A program made the position numbers and the translations under genes. A DNA stretch of 40,747 nucleotides from positions 1 through 40,747 of the forward strand of contig JBATEM010000198.1 of NCBI GenBank assembly GCA_049664005.1, given 5' to 3'. Shown in pieces: positions 12,812-21,463 of this stretch (position 1 is its first letter; the number at the start of each line of letters is the position of its first letter). The DNA comes from Candidatus Macondimonas sp. GTDB taxonomy: Bacteria; Pseudomonadota; Gammaproteobacteria; UBA5335. Under the pieces are notes generated by a model. It made no database searches. It saw only the letters and a list, made by a program, of their open reading frames with translations, and was not told the DNA's origin.

Positions 12812-14139
12812 GGGCCCTTCTCCGTCCCCATTTTTTCTGCCGGCTTGTCAGCCGTGTCCAGCGTACTGAACGCGCCGCGCAGGTTGGCTTCGGAATCGAT
12901 CAGGAACTGGCCCGACGCGACGACCTTCTGGCCTTCCTCCAGCCCTTCGAGCACTTCGGTGTGTCCGTCACGCTGCAAGCCCAGACGGACCTCCACCGGC
13001 CGGAAGCGTCCGTCGCCCTCGGCCACGATCACGGTGCTGCGTGTGCCGGTGCGGATGAGTGCCTCGCTGGGCACCAGCAGCGCTTCGCGCGATTCACCTT
13101 TGTCGAGTGCCATTTCGGCGAACATGCCAGGCTTGAGCAGCAGTTCCTTGTTGTCCAGCACCGCGCGGACCCGCAAGGTCCGGGTCTGGGGATCGACTTC
13201 GGGATAGACGTAGTCGATCCGACCCGAGAAGCTGCGGTCGGGCAACCCGGCCAGCGTTGCTGCCACCGACGCACCGGCCGCCAAGCTTGCGGCCTGCGCC
13301 TCCGGTACTTCGGCATTGACCCAGACCTGCGACAGGTCGGCCAGCATATAGAGCGTCATCCCGGGGCTGGCCTGTGCGCCGTCGCGCACGCCCAGCTCTG
13401 TCACGATGCCATCGACGGGAGCGTAGTAGGCCACGCGCCGCTGGGCTTGCCCGCTGTGCTCCAGCCGCATCACCTGCGTCTCGCTCAAGCCGAGCAGGAG
13501 CAGGCGCTGGCGGGCCGCCAAGCTCAGCGCCGCATCCTGGGCACGAGACGCCAGTATGAATTCCTGTTGCGCCGCATAAAGCTCAGGCGAATAGATTTCC
13601 GCCAGTACCTGGCCTTTGCGCACGCGGTCATTCAGCGCGCGCACATGCAGGCGTTCGATCCAGCCGGAGGTGCGGGTCTGGACAACCTCGATCCGGTTCT
13701 CGTTGACCGCAACGCTGCCAGCGGCGCGCAGTTCGCGCGCAAGGCTGCGGCGCTCCACGGCGGCGGTACGGATGCCGAGGTTCTGCACCACGCGCGGGTC
13801 TATCGAGATGAGCTTGCCGCCGCTGCCTGCCGCAGCGTCGGCATACCTGGGGACCAGCTGCATGTCCATGAAGGGCGACTTGCCGGGCTGATCGAAATGC
13901 TGGTCCGGCTTCATCGGGTCATACCAATAAAGCGGCCTGCGCTCGTCCGCAGACGCTCCGGCAGCGGGACCAGCATCGGTCTTCTTGACGAGCACATGCT
14001 GGTGGCGAGGCTCATTCTCAGGCAGATCTGATGGCATCGCCATGTCGGCACCGCCGGATGTCATATGCAGCTCGGTGATCCAGGCGCCGGCACCGGCGCT
14101 GAGCAGCACGACGACCATGAGCAGAACGATCTTCTTCAT
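12808..14139 (-). CDS. cusB: CusB-type periplasmic adaptor (membrane fusion protein)
   Basis: Met-rich [47 protein letters not shown]; overlaps the cusA start. Confidence 0.93.
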
Positions 14140-14140
14140 T

Positions 14141-15397
14141 TCATTCTCCGGCGAAATACAGCAGATGCACGCGCCGCCTGGCCGCGTCCGTCACGAGGTT
14201 GAGGCGTTTCATACGGTTGTCCAGCGCCATGCGGCGTGCGTCGAGTACCGCCGCGAGCGTGCCTTGCCCGGCCTGCCACGTGGCCAGGGCAGCAGCCGTG
14301 CGCTGCTCGCTCTGCGGCAGGATGATGGAATCGAACCGGGTCACTCGGTCCTGCAAGCGCTGCCAGCTTTCCCAGTGGCGCCGAAGCTCCGCTTCTTCCT
14401 GACGGAACATGTCCTCGCGGGATTCCTCTGCCTGTTCCTGCTCGGCCAGCTTGGCGCCAAGGTTGCGGTCCTGACGGTCGCCGGTGAACACCGGCAGATC
14501 GACGGTGACATTGACGCTGACGAAATCGGCGAAATCCGGCCGATGACCGTAGCCTAGCTCGATCCCCCAGTCCGGCTTGTAGGCCTGCTTGGCCAGGGCC
14601 ACATCATCTTCCGCGATGGCGACGCGCTTGGTTTCGGCGTTGAGGTGAGGGTGCGCGCGAAGCTTCGCCAGCGCGTCCTCCAGCGGAGCCGGCGGTGCCC
14701 ATGAGGGCAGTGATGCGCTCAGCGGGCGCTGGGCCTCGTTGTTGCCAATCCAGCGCGACAATGCTCCTCGCGCGTCTTGCGCCTGCTGCTCGGCATCAGC
14801 GGTTTCGTCGCGCAGCAGTTCCAGCGAAACCCGCGCTGCCAGCACTTCGGCCTGCGTCGCGCGGCCTGCGGTGTAGGCGATCTCGGTGGCCTGCACCTGC
14901 AACTCCGCTTCACGCTCGGAAGCGCGCAGGAGTTCCAGGTAACGTTCCGGCTTCCACGCATTCAGCCACGCCAGACCGGCGTCGCGCGCGACCATCAGCC
15001 GGTTGGCAGTGAGCACCTGTTCCGCCAATTCCGCTTCGTGTTCGCCGCGCGCACCGCGCAGGCGACGCTTTTCCGCATGCGGGAAATCCTGCGTGACGCC
15101 GGCCGTGACCATCGTGAAGTCGTCGCGGCGCAGCGAGTAGCGTTCCGCGCCCTCGATCGGCCAATCGGCGAGCCCGACCGTGAGCTTGGGATCGGGAAGC
15201 TGGGTTGCGGCGATCGCATTCTCGCGCGCGGCCGTGACGGCCTGCGCCTGTGCCTCCAGCAAGGGCTGTTGCGTAAGGGCCAGGCGCTGCGCGTCCGGCA
15301 GTTCGAGGGCAGTGCTCAAGTCATCGGCACGCGTCACAGCGTTGCCCAGCCAATACAGCAAGGCAAAAAGAACGAGCTTCAATTTTCGGTACGACAT
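14141..15397 (-). CDS. cusC: TolC-family outer-membrane efflux channel (CusC role)
   Basis: Signal peptide, QLPDPKL, QDFPHAEKR, VDLPVF; 1 nt from cusB; GGGAGA upstream of the ATG at 15397. Confidence 0.88.
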   Translation of the reverse strand: MSYRKLKLVLFALLYWLGNAVTRADDLSTALELPDAQRLALTQQPLLEAQAQAVTAARENAIAATQLPDPKLTVGLADWPIEGAERYSLRRDDFTMVTAGVTQDFPHAEKRRLRGARGEHEAELAEQVLTANRLMVARDAGLAWLNAWKPERYLELLRASEREAELQVQATEIAYTAGRATQAEVLAARVSLELLRDETADAEQQAQDARGALSRWIGNNEAQRPLSASLPSWAPPAPLEDALAKLRAHPHLNAETKRVAIAEDDVALAKQAYKPDWGIELGYGHRPDFADFVSVNVTVDLPVFTGDRQDRNLGAKLAEQEQAEESREDMFRQEEAELRRHWESWQRLQDRVTRFDSIILPQSEQRTAAALATWQAGQGTLAAVLDARRMALDNRMKRLNLVTDAARRRVHLLYFAGE

Positions 15398-15479
15398 GAT
15401 TGTCTCCCAGACTCCGCAGCAGTCCCTCGACGGAGCAATGTCCGTCTGGGAGCGCATGTGCGATACGCGGCGGATGGCC

Positions 15480-15695
15480 TTAACGATGGATCGGTACGGC
15501 GCCGCGCTGGCCGGACCAAGCTGGCTTCACGATGGGGCCGCAGGGCTTTTCGGTGGTTGCCTTGATGCTGGCGACCGGATGCCACAGCGGATCACGGGGA
15601 CGCGCCTGCCCTTGCGTGGACAGGGCACTGGAGACGAGCAACAGCGTGCCGACGAGGGCACGCGACAAACGAAGGGTCGACATGAGAGACATCAC
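15480..15695 (-). CDS. Small hypothetical exported protein
   Basis: 71-aa ORF with a signal-peptide-like N-terminus, co-oriented upstream of cusC. Confidence 0.45.
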   Translation of the reverse strand: MMSLMSTLRLSRALVGTLLLVSSALSTQGQARPRDPLWHPVASIKATTEKPCGPIVKPAWSGQRGAVPIHR

Positions 15696-15724
15696 ATTTC
15701 GATGGGATGACGGGTGTTGACGAA

Positions 15725-15755
15725 GGGGTCAACAACGGGGTCAACAACGGGGTCA
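15725..15755. repeat. 12-bp tandem repeat, about 2.6 copies
   Basis: GGGGTCAACAAC GGGGTCAACAAC GGGGTCA. Confidence 0.9.
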
Positions 15756-15789
15756 TGCCGGGGCGGATGCCCCGGTCGAAACGTGGGTT

Positions 15790-16203
15790 TTACAGCCGCA
15801 GTCTCTGTGTTCTCAGGTAGAGATCGGTCCCGTAAAGACCGTGGTCGCCGACTTCGTCCCATGCCACAAACGCGGTCTGAGTAGGAAGGGCCAGCGACAG
15901 CAGCACGGGAATCAGCAGGGCCAGTAGCGGCTGCGGATCGAAACTCGGCAGTTTGACGGAGGAAACGAGCCCGCTCTGATCGCCTGGGCCCGTCGCGATC
16001 TCGACCACCGCGTGGCAGCAGCCCTTGTGGCTAGCCGCTTCATCGCCGTCGGGTGTCGCCGTATTTGGGTCGCAGCAGCAGTGCTTCAGGACCACCGGTG
16101 CGCCGCCCATCATCCCGCACGCATACGCCACGTTCACGCTGACCTGCGAGGTCAGGATGGCGATGAGAACGAAGAAGATGGCAAGCCGTCGCACCATGAA
16201 CAA
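15790..16203 (-). CDS. Cys/His-rich small protein, probably metal-binding (CopL/CzcI-like position upstream of an efflux operon)
   Basis: N-terminal hydrophobic segment, YACGMM, HCCCD, HKGCCH, C-terminal LYLRTQRLRL. Confidence 0.7.
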   Translation of the reverse strand: MFMVRRLAIFFVLIAILTSQVSVNVAYACGMMGGAPVVLKHCCCDPNTATPDGDEAASHKGCCHAVVEIATGPGDQSGLVSSVKLPSFDPQPLLALLIPVLLSLALPTQTAFVAWDEVGDHGLYGTDLYLRTQRLRL

Positions 16204-16223
16204 AGTGTAAGCCTCTTTGCGGA

Positions 16224-16436
16224 TCAGCTACAGCAGCGTCCTTGCTCCTGGATCGATGGGCACTTCACCGAGCCGTACGAGCAGAACACGCAGCAGTCGC
16301 CTGCGTTCGGGCGGAGCAGCGTCTTGCAATGGCTGCACTCGTAGAAGAACTGGCAGGCGTCCGTCGGCATGATCTCGGCCTTCGAGGTGCCGCACCGGGG
16401 GCAGGTGATCACCGACTCCAACACGATGGCGTTCAT
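16224..16436 (-). CDS. GDCCVxC-domain small Cys-rich protein
   Basis: SVITCPRCG, MPTDACQFFYEC..C, GDCCVFCSYGSVKCP. Confidence 0.93.
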   Translation of the reverse strand: MNAIVLESVITCPRCGTSKAEIMPTDACQFFYECSHCKTLLRPNAGDCCVFCSYGSVKCPSIQEQGRCCS

Positions 16437-16443
16437 GCCGGCT

Positions 16444-16725
16444 TCACTTCTGCACGGTCGAAGGGTACCCGGCATGGGTGGTGGCCGCCGTCAGGTCTGC
16501 GGGCGTGGCCTGGTCGGGATCGAAGGTGACGCGAGCGGTCTTCTTCGGGAAGTCGATGCTGACATCGCTCACGCCCGGTACGGCTTGCAGGGATTTCTTG
16601 ACGGTGATGGGGCACACCGCGCAGTTCATGTTCTGAACATCGAGCGTGACCGTTTGTGGGGCGGAAGCGAAAGCGGCCAGCGGCAACGCCATGAGCGCGA
16701 TCAGTTGCAGGAAAGATTTGCGCAT
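16444..16725 (-). CDS. merP: Periplasmic mercury-binding protein
   Basis: Signal peptide, then QTVTLDVQNMNCAVCPITVKKSL and the AGYPS tail; 93 aa. Confidence 0.93.
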   Translation of the reverse strand: MRKSFLQLIALMALPLAAFASAPQTVTLDVQNMNCAVCPITVKKSLQAVPGVSDVSIDFPKKTARVTFDPDQATPADLTAATTHAGYPSTVQK

Positions 16726-16739
16726 CCGGGTCTTCCTTT

Positions 16740-17084
16740 TCAGTAGAACAACGGGGCCAACAGCGGAACGGCAAGCAGACTCAGCAGCAGTACGCCGACG
16801 ATCCAGAAGATCCGTCGCTGGCGCTTGATGGTGTTCGAGTCGGCGCAGGGCGTTCCCGGCGCACACACTTGCGGTACGAGATAAAGCTGCCGGAAGGCGA
16901 AGGCGAGAAAGATCAGCGTCAGGCCAACGAAGAACGGCCGGTATGGTTCCATCGAGGTCAGATGGCCAAGCCACGATCCGCCGACGCCGAGCGCCAGCAG
17001 CACGAGCGGCCCCACGCAGCATACCGATGCGCCGATGGCAGCCGCGGCACTCGCGATCAACGAAGATTTGCCTGTGAGTTGCAT
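16740..17084 (-). CDS. merT: Mercuric ion transporter
   Basis: ASVCCVGPLVLLALG, EPYRP, cytoplasmic CAPGTPC. Confidence 0.95.
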   Translation of the reverse strand: MQLTGKSSLIASAAAAIGASVCCVGPLVLLALGVGGSWLGHLTSMEPYRPFFVGLTLIFLAFAFRQLYLVPQVCAPGTPCADSNTIKRQRRIFWIVGVLLLSLLAVPLLAPLFY

Positions 17085-17117
17085 GCCGCTTCCATGAAGA
17101 ATGGTATCGAAGGCGCT

Positions 17118-17149
17118 ACTCTAAGCTCCGTACCGAGGTACGGAGTCAA
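17118..17149 (-). promoter_or_regulatory. MerR operator and merT promoter
   Basis: Minus strand reads TTGACT (-35), then a long 19-20 nt spacer, then TAGAGT (-10). Perfect dyad CTCCGTACC-GA-GGTACGGAG at 17126-17145, as in Tn501/Tn21-type merOP. Confidence 0.93.
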
Positions 17150-17159
17150 GAGGTGTGCG

Positions 17160-17558
17160 ATGGCAACGGAACTGACGATCGGCAAACTCGCCGCAGCGGC
17201 GGGAGTGAACATCGAGACGGTGCGCTATTACCAGCGACTGGGGCTGCTCGACGAGCCGGAGAGGCCGCGGACTGGGTATCGCCGCTATTCCCAGCAGCAG
17301 GCAAAGCGCCTTCACTTCATCAAACGAGCGCAGGGTCTTGGCTTCACGCTGTCCGAGGTGGGTGGCCTGCTGAAGCTGGATACGGCCTGCCCGTGTGCCG
17401 ACACGCGCGCACTGGCCGCGCGCAAGCTCGCCCTCATCGAACAGCGAATGGCCGACCTCGCCGCGATACGGGAGGCGTTGACGGGGCTGATCCAGCAATG
17501 CGATGCCGGTGACGGCCGCGATAACTGCCCGATCATCGATGTGCTTGCAGGGGAGTGA
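17160..17558 (+). CDS. merR: Hg(II)-type MerR regulator
   Basis: LTIGKLAAAAGVNIETVRYYQRLGLL, FIKRAQGLGFTL, and Cys residues in CPC and QC...NCPII; divergent from merT. Confidence 0.93.
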   Translation: MATELTIGKLAAAAGVNIETVRYYQRLGLLDEPERPRTGYRRYSQQQAKRLHFIKRAQGLGFTLSEVGGLLKLDTACPCADTRALAARKLALIEQRMADLAAIREALTGLIQQCDAGDGRDNCPIIDVLAGE

Positions 17559-17572
17559 GCGGAAAAGTGCGT

Positions 17573-17626
17573 GGTGACATCTGATGCCGCGGATCACGGC
17601 GCCGTGATCCGCGACCTGCTGTCACC
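17573..17626. terminator. Long hairpin between the convergent merR and CMD genes
   Basis: Perfect 26-bp palindrome CGCGGATCACGGCGCCGTGATCCGCG at 17588-17613, with outer arms GGTGACA and TGTCACC. Confidence 0.6.
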
Positions 17627-17628
17627 CA

Positions 17629-18204
17629 TCAAGCGTCGGCTTGCCACTTTCGATCGGCAAAGATTTCATCCAGCGGGGTGTGAAAGAGATGGTTGGTGTA
17701 GTTGCTCAAGGTCTTCACTGCGATTGCCAGGATGATCTCCAGCATCTGGCGCTCGCTGTATCCAGCATCGAGGAAGGCTTGCGCATCAGCCTTGGTCGGC
17801 TTGCCGCGGCTGTTGAACATGACCTCCGTAAACGTCGCGAGTGCCTGCAGCTTGGCGTCGGGTATGGCGCGGCCATCGCGAATGGCATTGGTGACCTCAG
17901 CCGGCACCTTGCTCATTGCGTCGGCAACAAAGCTATGTGCGCTCATGCAGTAGGCGCAGCCATTGCCACGGCTTACGACCAGGAAGATCACCTCTTGCTC
18001 GGCCGGCGTAAAGCCTGATTCAGCGCGAAAGCGTGCGTAGCCGGCGTTGTATACGGCAAACAGCGCGGGCGCATTCGACATGGCGCCATACATGTTCGGG
18101 ATGAACCCCAGAGCCTTCTTCGCGGCGAGGAGGCCTTCTGGCGCATCGGCTTGCGCGGTCTCCGGCGTTTGCAACGGCAGGCTAATCTTGTACTCGGCAG
18201 TCAT
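17629..18204 (-). CDS. Carboxymuconolactone decarboxylase / AhpD-like protein
   Basis: LGFIPNMYGAM, EQEVIFL..S..NGCAYCMSAH, KTLSNYTNH; GGAGA ribosome-binding site before the ATG at 18204. Confidence 0.92.
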   Translation of the reverse strand: MTAEYKISLPLQTPETAQADAPEGLLAAKKALGFIPNMYGAMSNAPALFAVYNAGYARFRAESGFTPAEQEVIFLVVSRGNGCAYCMSAHSFVADAMSKVPAEVTNAIRDGRAIPDAKLQALATFTEVMFNSRGKPTKADAQAFLDAGYSERQMLEIILAIAVKTLSNYTNHLFHTPLDEIFADRKWQADA

Positions 18205-18437
18205 ACACAATCTCCGTCTAAGAAATGCTGCATGAATCGGCAGCGGGAGGTAGAGAACATGCGGCGGTTGCGCCACCTGTTGATCGATCAGGCGAGCTGT
18301 TGAATCCAGGCATGCGGAGCTTCGTCTGATCGCGCCCCCGGATAGGCAATGGGCTCGCCTGAACTTGAAAAGGGTCGGGGTGATCGCTCCCAACTCGATC
18401 GTTTCGCCGTCTCGAAAAGCATTGGCGCATCGATGCG

Positions 18438-19235
18438 CTATTCCGCCGATGTGTCGTCCCAGTTCAGGCCATGGAAGTCGAAACCCGCCTCGAGGCTGGG
18501 CTTGACAACCTGGAAATACGGCGACACGTCAAAGTCACGGGGTGCAAACAGGCTGTGATGCCGGACGCGCAGAATTTCCTCAACACAGCCCGGACAGTTC
18601 GCGTTATCCGCGCTTCGCCGGTCGATGAGCGGCAAGATGGGATAGCGAATCGCCTGGAAGGCCTGTGCGATCAGCGTCGAACAGATAGCGCGCGTCGGAT
18701 CGCCGCTTCCGAGCGCAAGCATTCGTCTCCGGAACCGCAGCGGGACCGGTGGTGTGGGCAAGAGATAGCGTGCCAGGTCGAAAACATTGCGCAGATCGTA
18801 CTGGTTTCCAAGATGCGAGATTGCATACGCCGTGACAGCTTGACGCTCGGATTCGCTGAGGCCGACGGGACGGCATATACGCATGTGCAAACCTGCAAAC
18901 TCTGCGACCCCCACGCTCCTCACACCTTCTACGGTGTCCGCCTCAATGAAACAGTGACGACGATCATTGCCGAACTGCTCCAGTTGATCGCCCACATAAA
19001 GGGCGGCATGAGACCAGGTTGACTGAGTCAGGTACTTGATCGCCGTACTGATGCGGCTGTTGCCCTCCACGAGCAGCACATCCCCAGGCCGGAGGCAAAG
19101 TATGAGGCGATCGGCGCGTGTGGCGGATCCTGTGCCATGCACATGCGTTGGCTTGGTGAGAAACAGCGCCAGCCGGCGACCGAGCCAGCGTAGCAGCCAT
19201 TTCACAAGGCACCTGACTTGTTCGCGTGAAAGCAC
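18438..19235 (-). CDS. YiiX/YebB-like permuted papain-like (NlpC/P60) hydrolase
   Basis: LRPGDVLLVEG, IKYLTQSTWSHAALY, YDL, AICSTLIAQAF; the start may be the GTG at 19205. Confidence 0.88.
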   Translation of the reverse strand: MLSREQVRCLVKWLLRWLGRRLALFLTKPTHVHGTGSATRADRLILCLRPGDVLLVEGNSRISTAIKYLTQSTWSHAALYVGDQLEQFGNDRRHCFIEADTVEGVRSVGVAEFAGLHMRICRPVGLSESERQAVTAYAISHLGNQYDLRNVFDLARYLLPTPPVPLRFRRRMLALGSGDPTRAICSTLIAQAFQAIRYPILPLIDRRSADNANCPGCVEEILRVRHHSLFAPRDFDVSPYFQVVKPSLEAGFDFHGLNWDDTSAE

Positions 19236-19265
19236 CGCATGACCGGGTGTGGCTTCATGACGTTC

Positions 19266-19376
19266 TTATTGCACCCATCTCATGCGGGTCGGCGAGAGAC
19301 CAGTGACGAGTGCGCAAAGAAAGACGACCGCGACGGCCAAGGAGTTAACGCGCGCGACCTGCTCGGCTTGCATCAT
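19266..19376 (-). CDS. Possible 36-aa hydrophobic peptide
   Basis: MMQAEQVARVNSLAVAVVFLCALVTGLSPTRMRWVQ*, preceded by GGAGG. Confidence 0.3.
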   Translation of the reverse strand: MMQAEQVARVNSLAVAVVFLCALVTGLSPTRMRWVQ

Positions 19377-19773
19377 CACTGGTCCTCCGCGGTTTCTTTA
19401 GAACGCAAGCTCAATCGATTTGTATCCATAGACCGATTCAGTGCGAGCAGCGTAGTTCGATGGGTAGATGCGTAGTAGGTCCCAGCGTCGCGTCGTTATG
19501 TCTGAACGTCTCGAATGCGCCGACGCGATTCGATCCGCGTCCCATGCGACTGATGCTCTTGTCGAGGCGGTTGGCCAGATTGTTCAGGATCGTGGTCGAT
19601 TGACCTAGCGCCTCCACGCATGACTGACGCGGTTCAGGCGCGCAGGATGGACATCGGTAAAACCGGAGACACACATCCGCCGGCACACTCGGCCATCTCG
19701 TGCCGTAAATGTGGACAGGTAATTGCTGCGAGAAGAATTGCACGAGGCGTAATGACGAAGCGCCCATTCAACT

Positions 19774-20061
19774 TCAACGCGGTACTCGGGACAGCAGCCC
19801 GATATTGGCAACGACAAACGGCGTTGCGTAGTTCAAGGCAATCTTGAGGGCAAGCGGCCAAGTCAGGGCATTCGCCACCAATGCACCGCCCAGATTGAAG
19901 AATGTCAGCCAGCTGCCGACCAGGAGCGCCGTCAGCACGGTACGTTTCAGATGAGCAGGACGCCGGATGACGTCTGCGATCTTGCACAAACGCGCGAGAG
20001 CACACCGGTCAGACAGCTCGTTCTTTGGCGACGTCGTTGTCAGGCTTTCAGGTGTGGCCAT
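19774..20061 (-). CDS. NrtS-like small membrane protein
   Basis: Two hydrophobic segments, TALLVGSWLTFFN and KIALNYATPFVV, resembling the NrtS pattern; GGAGG upstream. Confidence 0.72.
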   Translation of the reverse strand: MATPESLTTTSPKNELSDRCALARLCKIADVIRRPAHLKRTVLTALLVGSWLTFFNLGGALVANALTWPLALKIALNYATPFVVANIGLLSRVPR

Positions 20062-20081
20062 TCCCGCTCCTCCGCTCCTTT

Positions 20082-20735
20082 TCAGGGTTCAGCGTTACCG
20101 GGGAGCGATGTCGTTCGTGCGCCCGGCAGCGTGTGCCACGTATTGGGCAGATGCTGCAGGTCGGAGGGCTCGTCGATGTCGTGCTCGGCCGCCAATACGT
20201 GGTGCCTCCATCGCAGAAGGGTGAATCGCGCCAAGGTCCTGGCGGCGACTTCGCTCGTGCCCCAAGGGATATCCTCGAAGACGCGCGGATCGAAGCGACG
20301 CAGGCCGAGCGCCACATAGCCACCATCGACGGCGGGAACCACGACGGCATCGGCCGTGCTCAGTGCTTTCGCTACCTCGCGAAGCCGCTCGGCGGTGAGC
20401 CCGGGGCAGTCGGTGCCGATCAACAGCACGGATTCGTGAGAGCTCAGGACGCGCTGGCTCGCGCGTGCCATGCGCTCGCCGAGAGAGCCACCCCCCTGAT
20501 CGCTCATGATCAGCGTCTCCGGCAGGTGCAGACCTTGCCAGGCAGAATCATCCAGCGGCGCGCAACAAAGCTCGACGCAGCCCAGTTGTGCCCGCTCCGC
20601 CTGCCGCACGGTCTGCAGCAGCATCCGTTCGGCGAGCGCAGCAGCGCCTGCAGCGCCCAAGGCCGGAATCAGGCGAGTCTTGGCCTGACCGGCCCTGGGG
20701 GCCTTGGCAAAGATGACGATGCGGACGGTGCTCAT
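20082..20735 (-). CDS. TIGR04282-like (DUF2064) arsenosugar-associated glycosyltransferase
   Basis: IFAKAPRAGQAKTRL, QGGGSLGERM, LIGTDCP, PAVDGGYVALG, IPWGT, DIDEPSDL. Confidence 0.92.
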   Translation of the reverse strand: MSTVRIVIFAKAPRAGQAKTRLIPALGAAGAAALAERMLLQTVRQAERAQLGCVELCCAPLDDSAWQGLHLPETLIMSDQGGGSLGERMARASQRVLSSHESVLLIGTDCPGLTAERLREVAKALSTADAVVVPAVDGGYVALGLRRFDPRVFEDIPWGTSEVAARTLARFTLLRWRHHVLAAEHDIDEPSDLQHLPNTWHTLPGARTTSLPGNAEP

Positions 20736-21463
20736 CGGTAGCGTGCCGCCAGGGAGTCCGCTGACGCGCCGCGCCAGTAGGCAAAGCGCAGCGACCACAT
20801 CAACAGGATGGTTCGCCATACGCCGCGCGCTTCCCAACGTCGCCCCGAGGTTGTCGCGCGCGTCTTGATGCAGAGCGGTCTTGAGATGCGTTTGAGCCGC
20901 CTGGCAAGCTCGATGTCCTCCATCAGCGGTTGATTGGGGAACCCGCCAACGGCCGCAAAGGCGTCTCGCCGCACGAAGATCGCCTGATCGCCGGTCGCTA
21001 TGCCGGTGAGCCTGGATCGCCAGTTCATCAGCGTCGCCACCAGGATCAGCCACCGGGAACGACCGGCGATGCGCACATCGAAGCGCCCCCAGATCCGACC
21101 GCTCGTTGCGAGCGCGCGGGCCAGCAAGCGATCGGCATCACCGGGTAACCGCGTATCAGCGTGGAGGAACAGCAAGACGCTGCCGCTGGCGGCGCCCGCG
21201 CCCGCATTCATCTGGCGCGCCCGACCTCGCTCGCTGTGCAATACGGGATATCCCCGTGCAATGGCCAGCTCGGGCGAGCCGTCGTCACTGCCGCCATCGA
21301 CCAGCCATACCTCGCATCCGCGCCCGCGTAATGCGGCGAGATGAGACAGCAATTCGGGCAGCGCCGCGCGCTCATTGAGCATGGGCACGATGATCGAGAT
21401 CGATGCGTCAAGGGTATCGGTCACGGGCGTTGTGGACCTGGCCATGCCGCCATCACCGTCCAT
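20732..21463 (-). CDS. TIGR04283-like GT2 arsenosugar-associated glycosyltransferase
   Basis: SIIVPMLNE, VDGGSDD, GRARQMNAGA, LFLHADT, GIATGDQAIF, PLMEDIEL, TSGRRW; start is 21463 or 21445. Confidence 0.92.
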   Translation of the reverse strand: MDGDGGMARSTTPVTDTLDASISIIVPMLNERAALPELLSHLAALRGRGCEVWLVDGGSDDGSPELAIARGYPVLHSERGRARQMNAGAGAASGSVLLFLHADTRLPGDADRLLARALATSGRIWGRFDVRIAGRSRWLILVATLMNWRSRLTGIATGDQAIFVRRDAFAAVGGFPNQPLMEDIELARRLKRISRPLCIKTRATTSGRRWEARGVWRTILLMWSLRFAYWRGASADSLAARYR

